Shown: positions 10,163 through 19,660, counted from the first letter of the stretch. The stretch is 54,363 nt of DNA from a virus (IMGVR_UViG_3300027784_000007:1-54363), one strand, 5' to 3'. Numbers and translations: made by a program. Notes: generated from the letters alone by a model not told the origin.

Positions 10163-11773
10163 CTAGCTGACGTACCAGCGGTCTCTGGATTGGCTGATGG
10201 GAATCGTGGCGTCGACGCCAGCGAGCTCGATGCCGATGAGCTCGAGCACACTGAACTCTGCGGACACGATGAGAATATCGACCGTGACCGGCGTCGTGTA
10301 TGCATACTCGACGACGCCCAGGGCGCCGACGCTTGGCACCTCGAACAGCTCGGTCTCGGTGCCGGACACGACGTAGGTGACGCGGGAGAACTCTTCGACG
10401 TTGACCAGACGGTGAACCGCGGACACCTCGACGATGGTGGTGGAGGCCCCGGCGTTCTCGACCGTTGGCGAGGGCGAGCCGACCAGGCTGATGGTGACCT
10501 CACCGCCGGAGTCGTTGCGAACGTCGAAGCCGTTGCCGGAGTAGGCCAACTCGGTGAACGTCGCCGTGCCACCGGCCGGCACGGCCTCGAACACGATGCC
10601 GCGACCGTTGTTCGTGAAGGCGCAGCGGGCCACGTCGCTGTCGTCATCCCATAGGTAGGCGCCCACGCTGTTCGGCTCAATCGTGGAGTTGACGGTCGTG
10701 GCCCTCAGCGGCACCACACCGGACAGCAGCCGGCCGCAACCGTCGACCGTGCAGCCGAATGCCTCATGGTCGAGCCCGTTCGTCTCGGCGGACAGCGCCA
10801 CCCCGTCGACGAACCCGGCCAGGCGGGAGGCGTAGAGCAGGACCTCATCGAAGCTGCCGTCGGTCGCGTCGAACGCCCCACCCACGCCGGGAGGGACGGC
10901 AACCGTGCAGCCGTCCACGGACCCTTCCGAGCCGACCTTCGTGCCGAGGCGGAACCGGTTGAAGCCGGAGCCGCCAGCCATCTTCACGCCGAACCAGCCA
11001 CGGTCCGGGGACAGGTTGCGGTCCTCGAACACCACCGTGGCGTTGACGTCCTCGAAGTAGGTGTCCGAGGTCGGGTCACCGAACGTGAGATGACCCTGCA
11101 CACCGAACACGCCCGCTCCCAGCCTGCGGACGATGCCGTGCGCCCGGTCCGCGCCGACGTTCCGGTCCTCGGCCGCGAGCTGCGCCCATGTGCCAGGGTC
11201 GCCGGACGTGCCACCTGCCACCCGGATGCCCTGCCCAGGAGCGGCCCGACGGGAGATGTCCCAGAAACAGTTCGTGGCGCCACCGACAGCCTTCGCCAGC
11301 GTCTTGAACCCGACCCCGATTTGGGTGATAGCTGCCAGGTTCAGCCCGGCGCGGGTGCCTGCGCGGACGGTGAAAGTAGACGGGAGGTTCGTCGGGTCGA
11401 GGACGAGGCACTGCCAGCCGACCGGCCCTTCGGCGTGCCGGAACCCGTCCACGTCCGAGCCGGCCAGGTGGAACACGACCCGGTTCGTGCCGTCGCCGAG
11501 CTGGATGCCGATGCCGCCGTTCGCTGTGGTGTCGAGCACGGCCCGGTGGAATATCCAGAAGTAGATGAGCTCCGGGCTGGCGGACAGGTTCAGCGCCGAC
11601 ACGGTGACGTAGGCGTCCTGCGTCGCGTTGGACACGACCATGCCGAGGCAGCCGGTGCCCTCCACCGGGTCCGGCTCCTCGGTGAACAGCGACACCGTGG
11701 CCGAACCGGTCCAGCCCGCCGTCGCGTTGGCCGTGTTGATGGTGGTGCGCTCCTCGACGACGGTCACCGCCAT
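10163..11773 (-). CDS. Putative virion fibre/decoration protein
   Basis: 536 aa rich in Gly/Thr/Val, beta-helix-like C-half; AGGGAG RBS. Confidence 0.6.
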   Translation of the reverse strand: MAVTVVEERTTINTANATAGWTGSATVSLFTEEPDPVEGTGCLGMVVSNATQDAYVTVSALNLSASPELIYFWIFHRAVLDTTANGGIGIQLGDGTNRVVFHLAGSDVDGFRHAEGPVGWQCLVLDPTNLPSTFTVRAGTRAGLNLAAITQIGVGFKTLAKAVGGATNCFWDISRRAAPGQGIRVAGGTSGDPGTWAQLAAEDRNVGADRAHGIVRRLGAGVFGVQGHLTFGDPTSDTYFEDVNATVVFEDRNLSPDRGWFGVKMAGGSGFNRFRLGTKVGSEGSVDGCTVAVPPGVGGAFDATDGSFDEVLLYASRLAGFVDGVALSAETNGLDHEAFGCTVDGCGRLLSGVVPLRATTVNSTIEPNSVGAYLWDDDSDVARCAFTNNGRGIVFEAVPAGGTATFTELAYSGNGFDVRNDSGGEVTISLVGSPSPTVENAGASTTIVEVSAVHRLVNVEEFSRVTYVVSGTETELFEVPSVGALGVVEYAYTTPVTVDILIVSAEFSVLELIGIELAGVDATIPISQSRDRWYVS

Positions 11774-12174
11774 GATTTGGTCTCCCTGTCACGCAGCACC
11801 ATTACCGCGACCTGGTGAGGCCAGAGCAGCCCGCCAGCCATGGGCGTGTCGATGCGGACGGACAGGTCGCCGGGGCGCAGCATTGCGCGGAAGGGACTGT
11901 AGTTGGCGCGACCGAAGATGTAGACGGCATCCTCTGGGTGCTCGAACTCCGACAGCTCGACAGGTGCGCGCTCGTCGACGAACACGCGAACCCCCGAGGC
12001 CTCGAGGTCCGCGAGGTCCGCTACCTCCTCGAGCTCCGGCTCGTCGATGCCGCTCACGGGCGACATCACCCATCGGTCCACCTGGTAGTCCCTCAAGGGA
12101 AACAGCCAGAGGTCCCGTTCGTTCAGCGGCGCGCAGTAGCCGAGCTCCCAGAGCCCGACCACGGTTACTGCCAT
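11764..12174 (-). CDS. SPOUT (SpoU/TrmH-like) methyltransferase-fold protein
   Basis: ATG 12174; VFVDE..LSEFEHPEDAVYIFG...VRIDTP...VAVMVLRDR matches the SpoU trefoil-knot region. Confidence 0.6.
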   Translation of the reverse strand: MAVTVVGLWELGYCAPLNERDLWLFPLRDYQVDRWVMSPVSGIDEPELEEVADLADLEASGVRVFVDERAPVELSEFEHPEDAVYIFGRANYSPFRAMLRPGDLSVRIDTPMAGGLLWPHQVAVMVLRDRETKSWR

Positions 12175-12257
12175 CCGAAGTTCCTGTGGTGGTGGCGGCC
12201 GGGAGCGGGGGCCGTGCGCGAACCCCACTCCCGGCCGCAGAGCGTCAACCGTCAGAC

Positions 12258-12968
12258 CTAGCCTTCGCCCTCGCCGCCGTACACCGGCATGGCCTGGCAG
12301 CCGCACTCGATGTCCGGGGGAGCGATGGTCGTCAGCCGCATCAGGTGATGCTCGTCCGAGGCCATCGCCGTGCCGAGCGGCCCAGCCGTGTTGAGCGCGT
12401 CGGTCGGGACGACGTCGTACGGTCCGACACCCCAGCCGCCAGACCCGCGGGTGAACCCGCCCACGGTGAATGTGGCGGCGCCGTTCTCGATGGTGATGTC
12501 GCCGAGGACGCCGGGGATGACGAACGGGAGCAGCAGGTAGCCGAACTGCGCGGGCTCGCCCGGGACGCAGTCGGTGCCAGGGACGCCGGTCCAGAGCTCG
12601 AGCGCGAACGCTCCCTCGGGGGCGCCCTGGTAGCCGCGAACCCCGACCACGTCGTCGTTCCAGTCGGTCTCGACGGACACGTTCGACATCAGCGACAGCA
12701 GGTTCGGGTCGACATCGCAGAACTCGGCCTCGACGTTCCAGCGCTTGAACTGGTCGCGGGACCGGTCGACGACGCAGAGGTCGCCATCGGCGTTCATCTG
12801 CGTGATGTCGGTCCCGTCCTCGGTGTCCGAGGACAGGCCCACGGTGATGAAGCCCTTGGTGACGACGAGCGCGCACTCAGCCTCAGACGCGGGAGGGTTG
12901 CCGCAGTCGTCGAGCCGCGTCACGCGGAGCCGCTTGCCTCGGACGACGGTGAAACACTTGGTGGCCAC
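12258..12968 (-). CDS. Major tail protein
   Basis: RGKRLRVTRLDDCG, NADGDLCV, FCDVDP, FALELWT and ITIENGAATF motifs of cluster-B/Streptomyces-phage tail tube proteins; GGAGG RBS. Confidence 0.85.
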   Translation of the reverse strand: MATKCFTVVRGKRLRVTRLDDCGNPPASEAECALVVTKGFITVGLSSDTEDGTDITQMNADGDLCVVDRSRDQFKRWNVEAEFCDVDPNLLSLMSNVSVETDWNDDVVGVRGYQGAPEGAFALELWTGVPGTDCVPGEPAQFGYLLLPFVIPGVLGDITIENGAATFTVGGFTRGSGGWGVGPYDVVPTDALNTAGPLGTAMASDEHHLMRLTTIAPPDIECGCQAMPVYGGEGEG

Positions 12969-12992
12969 GGGGCGCCTCCTGGAAGGCTTGCA

Positions 12993-13032
12993 CCCGGCCC
13001 ATCAGCCAGCGGCGACAGCCGGCAGGGTAGCA
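12993..13032 (-). promoter_or_regulatory. Late promoter (-10 TACCCT) plus conserved leader GCTGGCTGATGGGCCGGG, copy 1
   Basis: Same motif recurs at 17227 and 19689. Confidence 0.6.
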
Positions 13033-13051
13033 GCCGACCCCCGCGGAGGGC

Positions 13052-13246
13052 TTACAGCTCGTCAGCGTCGAGCAGCTCGTCGTCGTCCAGCAGGACCTCG
13101 TCCTCGTCGGCCTCGAGGTCGTCGTCGAGCTCGTCCACGACCGGGATGGCCGGGGCCGTCGAGGCGAGGGGCTCCTCCACGACCGGGACGGGCTCCGGCT
13201 CCGGGGCGGAGCGGCGGACAGCGGAGGTTCCGTCGTTGCACAGCAT
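13052..13246 (-). CDS. Small acidic protein
   Basis: MLCNDGTS..., AGGAG RBS, D/E-rich tail. Confidence 0.5.
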   Translation of the reverse strand: MLCNDGTSAVRRSAPEPEPVPVVEEPLASTAPAIPVVDELDDDLEADEDEVLLDDDELLDADEL

Positions 13247-13254
13247 GAGGGCTC

Positions 13255-14148
13255 CTAGACGATGGGCTCGGGCAGGTCGAGGTCGACGAGCACGGCCGCG
13301 GTGACGCATTCCCAGGTGACCACGTAGACGCGCCAGGCGAAGATTTCGAGGTCGTTGTTGGTGTACTGCGGCCGGAACTCCTCGTCGGGATGGACGAACA
13401 CCTCGCCGCGACGGACCGTGGGGATGCTGGTGGCGTACAGCCAGGCGGAACCGGCCGGGACCGCGTCCCCATCGGGGCCGACGGTGGCGAGGTCGTACCC
13501 ACCTCCGGCGGCGACGTAGTTGCCGAGCAGGGTCTCGAGGCGCTGACCACGCCGCTCGAGCAGCCCACGGTCGCTGGCGTAGGCCCCGAGGCGCCGAGGC
13601 ATGTGGATGACCCCGACGGACGCGTAGTTGATGGCGAGGTAGCTCTCGAGCAGCCCGAACCCGTCGAGGACGGACGCTCCACCGGCAGGGGTCAGGTCCA
13701 CGGCGCCCTGGAATGACGGGGCGGCGTCCCGGTCGCCAGCGGCGATGGTGCGCTCCACCTCGGTCTCTTCCCAGATGGCGAGGTGCTGGCGGGCGCGCAG
13801 GTCGGCCTCGGCGAGGGGCCGGGACACCCCCGAGCACTTGTAGCTGCCGTACACCGCGAACGGCAGCCCGAGCGTGGTGACCACGCCCTCGTTGGCCTGG
13901 ATGGGCCAGCCCGGAACGCCGCCCTCGCCCTCACCATCGACCTCGAGGTCGGCAGGGTCGAAGCAGACCCCCGACACCGAACTGATGGGGGAGCAGGCCA
14001 TGCCCTCCCACTCGATGCCGTTCTGGAACCGGAGCTCCGGCGCGTCGATGCGGGTTGCGACGCTGAACAGGCCGTAGCCAGGCGCCATCCGCGGAGGCGG
14101 CGCAACGTATACGGGCGGTGCAGTGTGGGCGTTGTCGACGGCGCTCAT
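13255..14148 (-). CDS. Second capsid protein (major capsid pentamer-like)
   Basis: 297 aa; YGLFSVA, PFAVYGSYKC and GVIHM motifs; lies between the large capsid gene and major tail, as in cluster B phages. Confidence 0.7.
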   Translation of the reverse strand: MSAVDNAHTAPPVYVAPPPRMAPGYGLFSVATRIDAPELRFQNGIEWEGMACSPISSVSGVCFDPADLEVDGEGEGGVPGWPIQANEGVVTTLGLPFAVYGSYKCSGVSRPLAEADLRARQHLAIWEETEVERTIAAGDRDAAPSFQGAVDLTPAGGASVLDGFGLLESYLAINYASVGVIHMPRRLGAYASDRGLLERRGQRLETLLGNYVAAGGGYDLATVGPDGDAVPAGSAWLYATSIPTVRRGEVFVHPDEEFRPQYTNNDLEIFAWRVYVVTWECVTAAVLVDLDLPEPIV

Positions 14149-14771
14149 ACGGCCTCCTGGCTCTTGGCGAAGGGTAGCGGCCGACCCGTGTTCGACGCGC
14201 GCACCTCACGACACGGACGGCAGGCCCCGCACTGCTGGGGGCCGGACCGGCGGCACCACCAGCACACGGCGAGCAGGTCGTGCGGGAGCTCCTCGACCAT
14301 CTGCGCCTTGGTGAGGTGCGCGAACGGCATCCACCAGGACAGCTCACGGCCGGCCATGAGCTCCGCGAGCTGCTTGCGACGGACCACCCGAGGGGTCGTC
14401 GGGTTCGTGACGGACACGTCGCTGGCGTTGCAGGACACGACGACGGTTCCGATGTCCTGGCGGCGCCGGTCGCGGAGGATGACCCCGGTCAGGAACCCCA
14501 CGAGCTCCACGTCGTAGGGCAGGGCCCCGAGGTTGCCCTGGTTGTAGCCGGACTCGAGCAGCTCGAACCGGGTCAGCCCACGCCGGTTCAGCCAGTCGAC
14601 CACGCCGCGGACAGCCCGGCGCTCTACCTCGGCGCGGCCCTCCCGGTTGTGGATGATGCAGTGGTGCAGCAGGACCTTGCGGCCCTCCGCGAGCAGCCGC
14701 CACGCGGCATGCACCGAATCGACCCCGCCGGACAGGTTGACCAGGACACGCTCCGACGGCCGAGGCGTCAC
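14145..14771 (-). CDS. QueC-like PP-loop ATPase (paralog 2)
   Basis: GTG at 14771 (GTGA overlap); NLSGGVDS PP-loop; C-terminal WWCRR..CGACRPC zinc motif. Confidence 0.8.
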   Translation of the reverse strand: MTPRPSERVLVNLSGGVDSVHAAWRLLAEGRKVLLHHCIIHNREGRAEVERRAVRGVVDWLNRRGLTRFELLESGYNQGNLGALPYDVELVGFLTGVILRDRRRQDIGTVVVSCNASDVSVTNPTTPRVVRRKQLAELMAGRELSWWMPFAHLTKAQMVEELPHDLLAVCWWCRRSGPQQCGACRPCREVRASNTGRPLPFAKSQEAV

Positions 14772-15334
14772 GACCGCTTCTGCAGGGCCCTCGACACCTG
14801 CCGGCAGGTCAGGCACCTGTGGCATCGGTTTCCTCCGACCGGGGTCCGGCACCACCAGGCGAGCTCGAACAGCTCGGGCGGGCAGGCCGCGACGATATCC
14901 GCTTTCGTCATCCGGGCGAGCGGGTGCCACCATCGCGGCTGCCGGCCGGCGGTGAGCTGCACGAACCCCTCGAGGACCGTGGCGCAGCGCTCGCGCCAGT
15001 GCTCGTCGTAGCGGGTGAAGCTGTCCAGGTGCGAGCACACCCCGACCTCGTCCACCTCGGGGCGGCGGAACAGGATGGCGCCGGTGAACAGCGCCCAGAC
15101 GTGGACGTCACGAACCCGCTCGAGGTCGCCCCACCCGAACCGGGACTCGACGTACTCCACGTCGCCACCGACCCACTCGAGGATGCGCGGCACGGCCTCG
15201 GCCTCCTTGACGTGCCGGCCAGCGCGGGTCTCGAGGACGATGTGGTGCGCGAGGACCTTGCGGCCGGACTGGACGGCCTGGTGCAGCACCAGAGCCGAAT
15301 CGATGCCACCGGACACGTTGATGAGCGTCGTCAC
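14768..15334 (-). CDS. QueC-like PP-loop ATPase (paralog 1)
   Basis: GTG at 15334 with GGAGG RBS; NVSGGIDS; TKADIV; WWCRTP...CHRCLTC. Confidence 0.8.
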   Translation of the reverse strand: MTTLINVSGGIDSALVLHQAVQSGRKVLAHHIVLETRAGRHVKEAEAVPRILEWVGGDVEYVESRFGWGDLERVRDVHVWALFTGAILFRRPEVDEVGVCSHLDSFTRYDEHWRERCATVLEGFVQLTAGRQPRWWHPLARMTKADIVAACPPELFELAWWCRTPVGGNRCHRCLTCRQVSRALQKRS

Positions 15335-15396
15335 GGGCCCTCCACACGGGAAGGGCCCGACCATCACGGCCGGGCCCCTCCGTCGAGCTCAGCGGC

Positions 15397-17199
15397 TCAG
15401 GCCTCCCCGCCCTCGGCGGTCAGGGTGCCGTCGCATTCGATGAGGACGCCGCCAGCGGTCTTGCCGTCGGCGCAGATGGGCACGGTGACCTCGCGGCTGT
15501 CGTGGCCACGCTTGGCGACCAGCCAGCCCTCCTCGGTGAACAGCGCCGTGAAGTCGTTCTTGAACAGCAGGGCGCTGTCGAAGATGGCGTCGAGGGAGAT
15601 GATGTCGGACGACCCGCGGGTCCAGGTCCCGGCTGCGTACAGCAGGAACTTGACCTCCGAGCCCCACGCGGTGAACGCGGACGCGTCGCCGGTGATGTCC
15701 TGGTAGTTGTAGACGAACTGCGCGTTGACGCCGCGCTCCCGGAACCAGCCAGCAATCTGCTGGTTGGACACGGTGAGCAGGTCGACGCCCAGCCGGCGGG
15801 AGAGGTCGGCGCGGATGACGCCGCGGACCCACCGCGGGAAGATGGCCTCGAGGACCGCGTTGTCCGCCATGCGGTGGACGTAGCGGTAGTGGGTGGCCTG
15901 CAGCTCGATGGCGGTCAGGACCGGAGCCAGAGCCCCGACCTGGCCGGCCGGCATCGCCACCGCGTCGCTGTCGCCAGCGATGGCGGCGATGGTCTGACCT
16001 GCGAGGCGGTGCTGGTGACCCACCAGGGCCCCGCGGATGGTCCGCGCGGTCACCTCGGGGTAGGCGCGGTTCTGCAGGATGCCAGCCGTGATGGCGAGGC
16101 CGGTGACCTGCAGCCGCTCCTCCTGGAACGCCGGGCAGTCGACCTTGAACGTCGGCTTGTCGCCCTCGGCGGGCTCGCCCTCACCATCCAGGGCGTAGTT
16201 GCCCTCGGCGTCGTCGTCCTCGGTGAACGTGAACCCGGTGTTCGAGAACAGGGTGCTGAAGTCCGGGCCGGGCGTCCAGCGGATGCCACCGCGGATGACC
16301 TGGAACTCCGGGACGGACACGAGGCCTTCGGCGGTCTCGAGCTCGAACAGGTCGTAGACAGTCTCCGACGGGGCGCACCAGCCGCCGGAGGCGAGCAGGG
16401 ACCCACCCGGCAGCCGGCTCTGGTCCGCGGCGCGGGCCATGACCTCCTGGCCGTTGTCGGCCGAGGCCACCAGGTCGTCGGGGAAGTTCTTGATGACGGA
16501 CAGCAGGCCGATGGACGACCGCTGGCGCCGGCCGCTGTTGAACGCGGCGCGGTAGCTGCTGTCGGTCATGCCCTGCGTGCGCTTGAGCAGCGCGTCGGCC
16601 ACCGCGTTGACGTCGACCTCCTGGCCGGCGGACAGGCCCGAGCCGAGGTCGGCGGAGGCGACCACCTTTGGCGACCCGACGTTGCCGGGCGACCGGCGCT
16701 GGCGGGTGCTCTGCCGGCGGCGGACGCCGGACACGGTGATGCGGGACCCGGCGGCGGCGACGGACTCGAGCGGGGCGCCCTCGTCGGCGGGAGCGTCATC
16801 CTCGACGGCCGCGGTCTCGACAGCGTCGACGGCTTCGGCGTCGTCGCCCTCATCGTCGTCGGCGTCGTCGGACGGGCGGATGCGGGTCGCCAGGGCCTCG
16901 GCGGCCTCGCGGTTCGCGGCGCGCTCGTCGTTGCGGCGCTGCTCCTCGCCACGGATGGCGTCGGCAGCGTCGGCCAGGGCCTGCATCGTGGCCACGTCGT
17001 CTGCGGACGGGTCATCGTCGGACTCGTACAGCGCGTCGAACGCGGAGGTGGCGGACTCGCGGAGCTCCACGAGCTGGTCGTCCGACAGCGTCCCGAGGTC
17101 CTCGGGGAGCTCGAACGTGATGTCCTCGGGCTCATCGGTCGCCTTGGCGTAGGCGGTCGCGAGCCGCACGAGGCGGGCGGGGCGAAGATGGGTGAGCAC
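15397..17199 (-). CDS. Major capsid protein (hexamer) with N-terminal scaffold-like region
   Basis: 600 aa; acidic helical N-terminus, ASGGWCAPSETVYD, NDFTALFTEEG motifs of cluster-B-type capsids. Confidence 0.88.
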   Translation of the reverse strand: MLTHLRPARLVRLATAYAKATDEPEDITFELPEDLGTLSDDQLVELRESATSAFDALYESDDDPSADDVATMQALADAADAIRGEEQRRNDERAANREAAEALATRIRPSDDADDDEGDDAEAVDAVETAAVEDDAPADEGAPLESVAAAGSRITVSGVRRRQSTRQRRSPGNVGSPKVVASADLGSGLSAGQEVDVNAVADALLKRTQGMTDSSYRAAFNSGRRQRSSIGLLSVIKNFPDDLVASADNGQEVMARAADQSRLPGGSLLASGGWCAPSETVYDLFELETAEGLVSVPEFQVIRGGIRWTPGPDFSTLFSNTGFTFTEDDDAEGNYALDGEGEPAEGDKPTFKVDCPAFQEERLQVTGLAITAGILQNRAYPEVTARTIRGALVGHQHRLAGQTIAAIAGDSDAVAMPAGQVGALAPVLTAIELQATHYRYVHRMADNAVLEAIFPRWVRGVIRADLSRRLGVDLLTVSNQQIAGWFRERGVNAQFVYNYQDITGDASAFTAWGSEVKFLLYAAGTWTRGSSDIISLDAIFDSALLFKNDFTALFTEEGWLVAKRGHDSREVTVPICADGKTAGGVLIECDGTLTAEGGEA

Positions 17200-17226
17200 G
17201 GTGTGCCTCCTGCGAGGACCATGACA

Positions 17227-17266
17227 CCCGGCCCATCAGCCAGCGGTGCTGGCGGGCAGGGTAGCA
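17227..17266 (-). promoter_or_regulatory. Late promoter plus conserved leader, copy 2
   Basis: TGCTACCCT...GCTGGCTGATGGGCCGGG upstream of the capsid gene. Confidence 0.6.
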
Positions 17267-17354
17267 CCGCCGAACGCGCGCGGAGGGAACCGCGGACGTA
17301 GCAGACCCCCGAGCCGGACTCGAGGTCAGCAGCTCGGGGGTGCGTGGTCTGTCC

Positions 17355-17882
17355 TCACCAGGGGAGGTCGTCGCCATCGGGGGCGGAGCCCCACCAGGTG
17401 CCGGCGGCGGCGCGACGCTCGAGGTCCTCGGCGAACGCGACCTCGGCGAGGCGGTCCAGCTCCACCTCGGCGGCGGCCTGAGCGTCGAGCAGGGCCTCGT
17501 CGTACTCGACCGGCTCGAGCTCGCCACCGACGTAGGTGAACTTCGACGAGGGGACCTCGACCGGCTCGGGCCAGCGGGCCAGGAGCTCGGCGTCGGTCTC
17601 GCCGATGCGGCGCTCCAGGTCCGACGCCAGCTTCCAGATGAACCGGTGGCGGGCGACCATGTTCGCGTCGCCGCGGTAGGCCTCGGGGAGCGGGAACAGC
17701 GAGCTGTTCAGCAGGTAGGCCTCGGCCGGCGGGAACTCGTCGCCGGTGACGACGACGGCGTGGTAGCCGAACAGGGCGTCCTCGGCGGTGATGACGACCC
17801 GGACCAGGGCGCCAGCTACGGCGAGGATGAACTCGTAGCGCTCGGAGGTGTCGATGAGGATGGTGCGGAGCTCGGTGGTCAT
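17355..17882 (-). CDS. Hypothetical accessory (moron) protein
   Basis: ATG 17882 (MTTELRTILIDT) directly behind repeat-promoter copy 1. Confidence 0.65.
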   Translation of the reverse strand: MTTELRTILIDTSERYEFILAVAGALVRVVITAEDALFGYHAVVVTGDEFPPAEAYLLNSSLFPLPEAYRGDANMVARHRFIWKLASDLERRIGETDAELLARWPEPVEVPSSKFTYVGGELEPVEYDEALLDAQAAAEVELDRLAEVAFAEDLERRAAAGTWWGSAPDGDDLPW

Positions 17883-17894
17883 CTCGGTGCCTCT

Positions 17895-17961
17895 CCGGTT
17901 GGTGTAGTGACACCATACCATCCGAGGCGGGCGCGGGTCAAGTCGCTCTGCACTCTTTCTT
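17895..17961 (-). promoter_or_regulatory. Repeat promoter element copy 1
   Basis: AGTGCAG..TTGACC-N18-TATGGT..CTACACCAACCGG. Confidence 0.8.
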
Positions 17962-18020
17962 TGGGCGGGCATGCCACGGCCCCGACGGCGGAGGACGTCG
18001 GGGCCGGGCGCGGGGGCAGG

Positions 18021-18179
18021 TCAGGCTGGGCGGACCTTGCCTCCCCCGCCGTTCTTGGCGTTGGTGACCTCAGCCTCGAGGCGGGTCGGATGCGACGACG
18101 TTTCGCCATCCGGCATCGACAGCTCGTAGCTCGAGGCCTGCGAGGCGAGCTTCTTCTTCTTGGCGCAACCGCAGCCCAT
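18021..18179 (-). CDS. Small basic MGCGC protein
   Basis: Not in ORF track: MGCGCAKKKKLASQASSYELSMPDGE..., 52 aa, TGATG overlap with the protease gene. Confidence 0.65.
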   Translation of the reverse strand: MGCGCAKKKKLASQASSYELSMPDGETSSHPTRLEAEVTNAKNGGGGKVRPA

Positions 18180-19660
18180 CAGGACGCTCCTCGGATTCGG
18201 GACGCAGCGGACGCCACGAGCATACGGCGACGGGCGCCCTCGGCAGCGTCGCGGCGCTCCTGCGAGGCGGCAGCTTCACGGACGGCCATCCGCTTGAGGA
18301 CGGACAGCTCGTCGTCGGTGAGCTCCGCGAGGGGTGACTCGCGGCGGGACACGCCCGGGAGCTGCAGGGTGCGGACCTCGCCAGAGGCGACCAGGGCACG
18401 CGGCACCGGGAAACCCGGCGTGTTGACTGCGAGGACGGCCACGAGCTCGAGGTTCCCGCCGATGCGGCGCCAGTCCCCGGACGGCGGGGAGGCCTTGAGG
18501 CGGGCGACCTGTTCGTCGGACACGCCCGACCGGAGCGACCCGGCCACCCAGATTCCGTGCTGGTCCTCGCCAGCGACCACGTCGGCCACGGCGAGGCCGG
18601 TGTGCTCGTAGTGGGCCAGGGTGTCCACCGCGGACAGGCGACGACCGGCGTGCAGCGTGTCCACGGTCAGGCGGCCGACGGGGAGCTCGCGACCATCGTC
18701 GACCTGCAGGGCGCCGACGTGGAAGTAGCGGTAGCTGGTCGCGGACTGCGGCGGGGACACGCACTCGTTGGCGAACGCGGTGTGGCACGAGCGCCACGCG
18801 GCGATGTGGCCGAACACCTGGCCGTCGTCGGTGACGGTGAGGGGGCAGGCCACGACGCCGAGGTGCTCGTCCTCGACCAGGCGCGGGTCGTTGCGCGGGT
18901 TCGCTCCGAACCGCGGGTTCTCGAACCAGGCCGCCGGAGGGCGACGACGGCCAGCGGAGGCGACGAGCGGCTCGCCCTCGGCCTCGTCGGTGGGGCCGGT
19001 GAGGGCGAGGCGGGCGTCGATGAACGCGGGGATGGCGACCACGGTGGCGGCGCGGATGCGAGCGTCGACGGTGACCATGAGCTCGTCATCCGAGCGGAAC
19101 TCGAACACCTTGACGCGGCCCTCGGCGTCGACCTCGCGCTCGGGGACCTCGCCCTCGACCTCGTCCGCGAACATCGCCTCCTCGCGGGCGATGACGTCCT
19201 CGGCGACCCGGACCTCGATGTCGACGTCGTCGAGGTCGACGGACACGCCGGACACGGTCGGCCCCGAGCCGTCGGTGTCCTCCATGAGCCCGGCCAGGGT
19301 CACGGCTTCGGGGATGCGGAGGTCGAGGTCGCCACGGCCCATGATGCTCTGGCCGTCGCGCCAGACCTCGAGGATGCGGCCGACGGTGACGGCGTTCTTG
19401 TGCTCGCCCTCGTCCTTCTCGACCCACCGCAGCGGCAGCGGGAGGTTCTCCCACCGCAGCGAGCCCTTCTCCATCAGCCGGCCGTCGCCGGTCGGGACCC
19501 CCTCGAGGACCAGCGTCCCCTCCCACCCGAGGTACGGCGACGGGGCGGCCATCTCGTCCTCGGCAGGGGCCTCGGGGGCGTCATCCTCGACGGCCGCGGT
19601 CTGGGACCGGAACCGGTCGGGGACGACGACCTTCACGCGGGGACGGGTCGATGCGGTCAT
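18179..19660 (-). CDS. Capsid maturation protease-like protein
   Basis: EGVPTGDGR, LPLPL, VSVDLD, ATVVAIPAF, GHIAAW..CH and SGDWR motifs; lies between MuF and capsid. Confidence 0.75.
   Translation of the reverse strand: MTASTRPRVKVVVPDRFRSQTAAVEDDAPEAPAEDEMAAPSPYLGWEGTLVLEGVPTGDGRLMEKGSLRWENLPLPLRWVEKDEGEHKNAVTVGRILEVWRDGQSIMGRGDLDLRIPEAVTLAGLMEDTDGSGPTVSGVSVDLDDVDIEVRVAEDVIAREEAMFADEVEGEVPEREVDAEGRVKVFEFRSDDELMVTVDARIRAATVVAIPAFIDARLALTGPTDEAEGEPLVASAGRRRPPAAWFENPRFGANPRNDPRLVEDEHLGVVACPLTVTDDGQVFGHIAAWRSCHTAFANECVSPPQSATSYRYFHVGALQVDDGRELPVGRLTVDTLHAGRRLSAVDTLAHYEHTGLAVADVVAGEDQHGIWVAGSLRSGVSDEQVARLKASPPSGDWRRIGGNLELVAVLAVNTPGFPVPRALVASGEVRTLQLPGVSRRESPLAELTDDELSVLKRMAVREAAASQERRDAAEGARRRMLVASAASRIRGAS

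Noticed and set aside
14145-15334. Calling these canonical queC of a DNA 7-deazaguanine pathway
   Set aside because: Partner genes are not seen in the window and the proteins are short and divergent, so no gene symbol was assigned.
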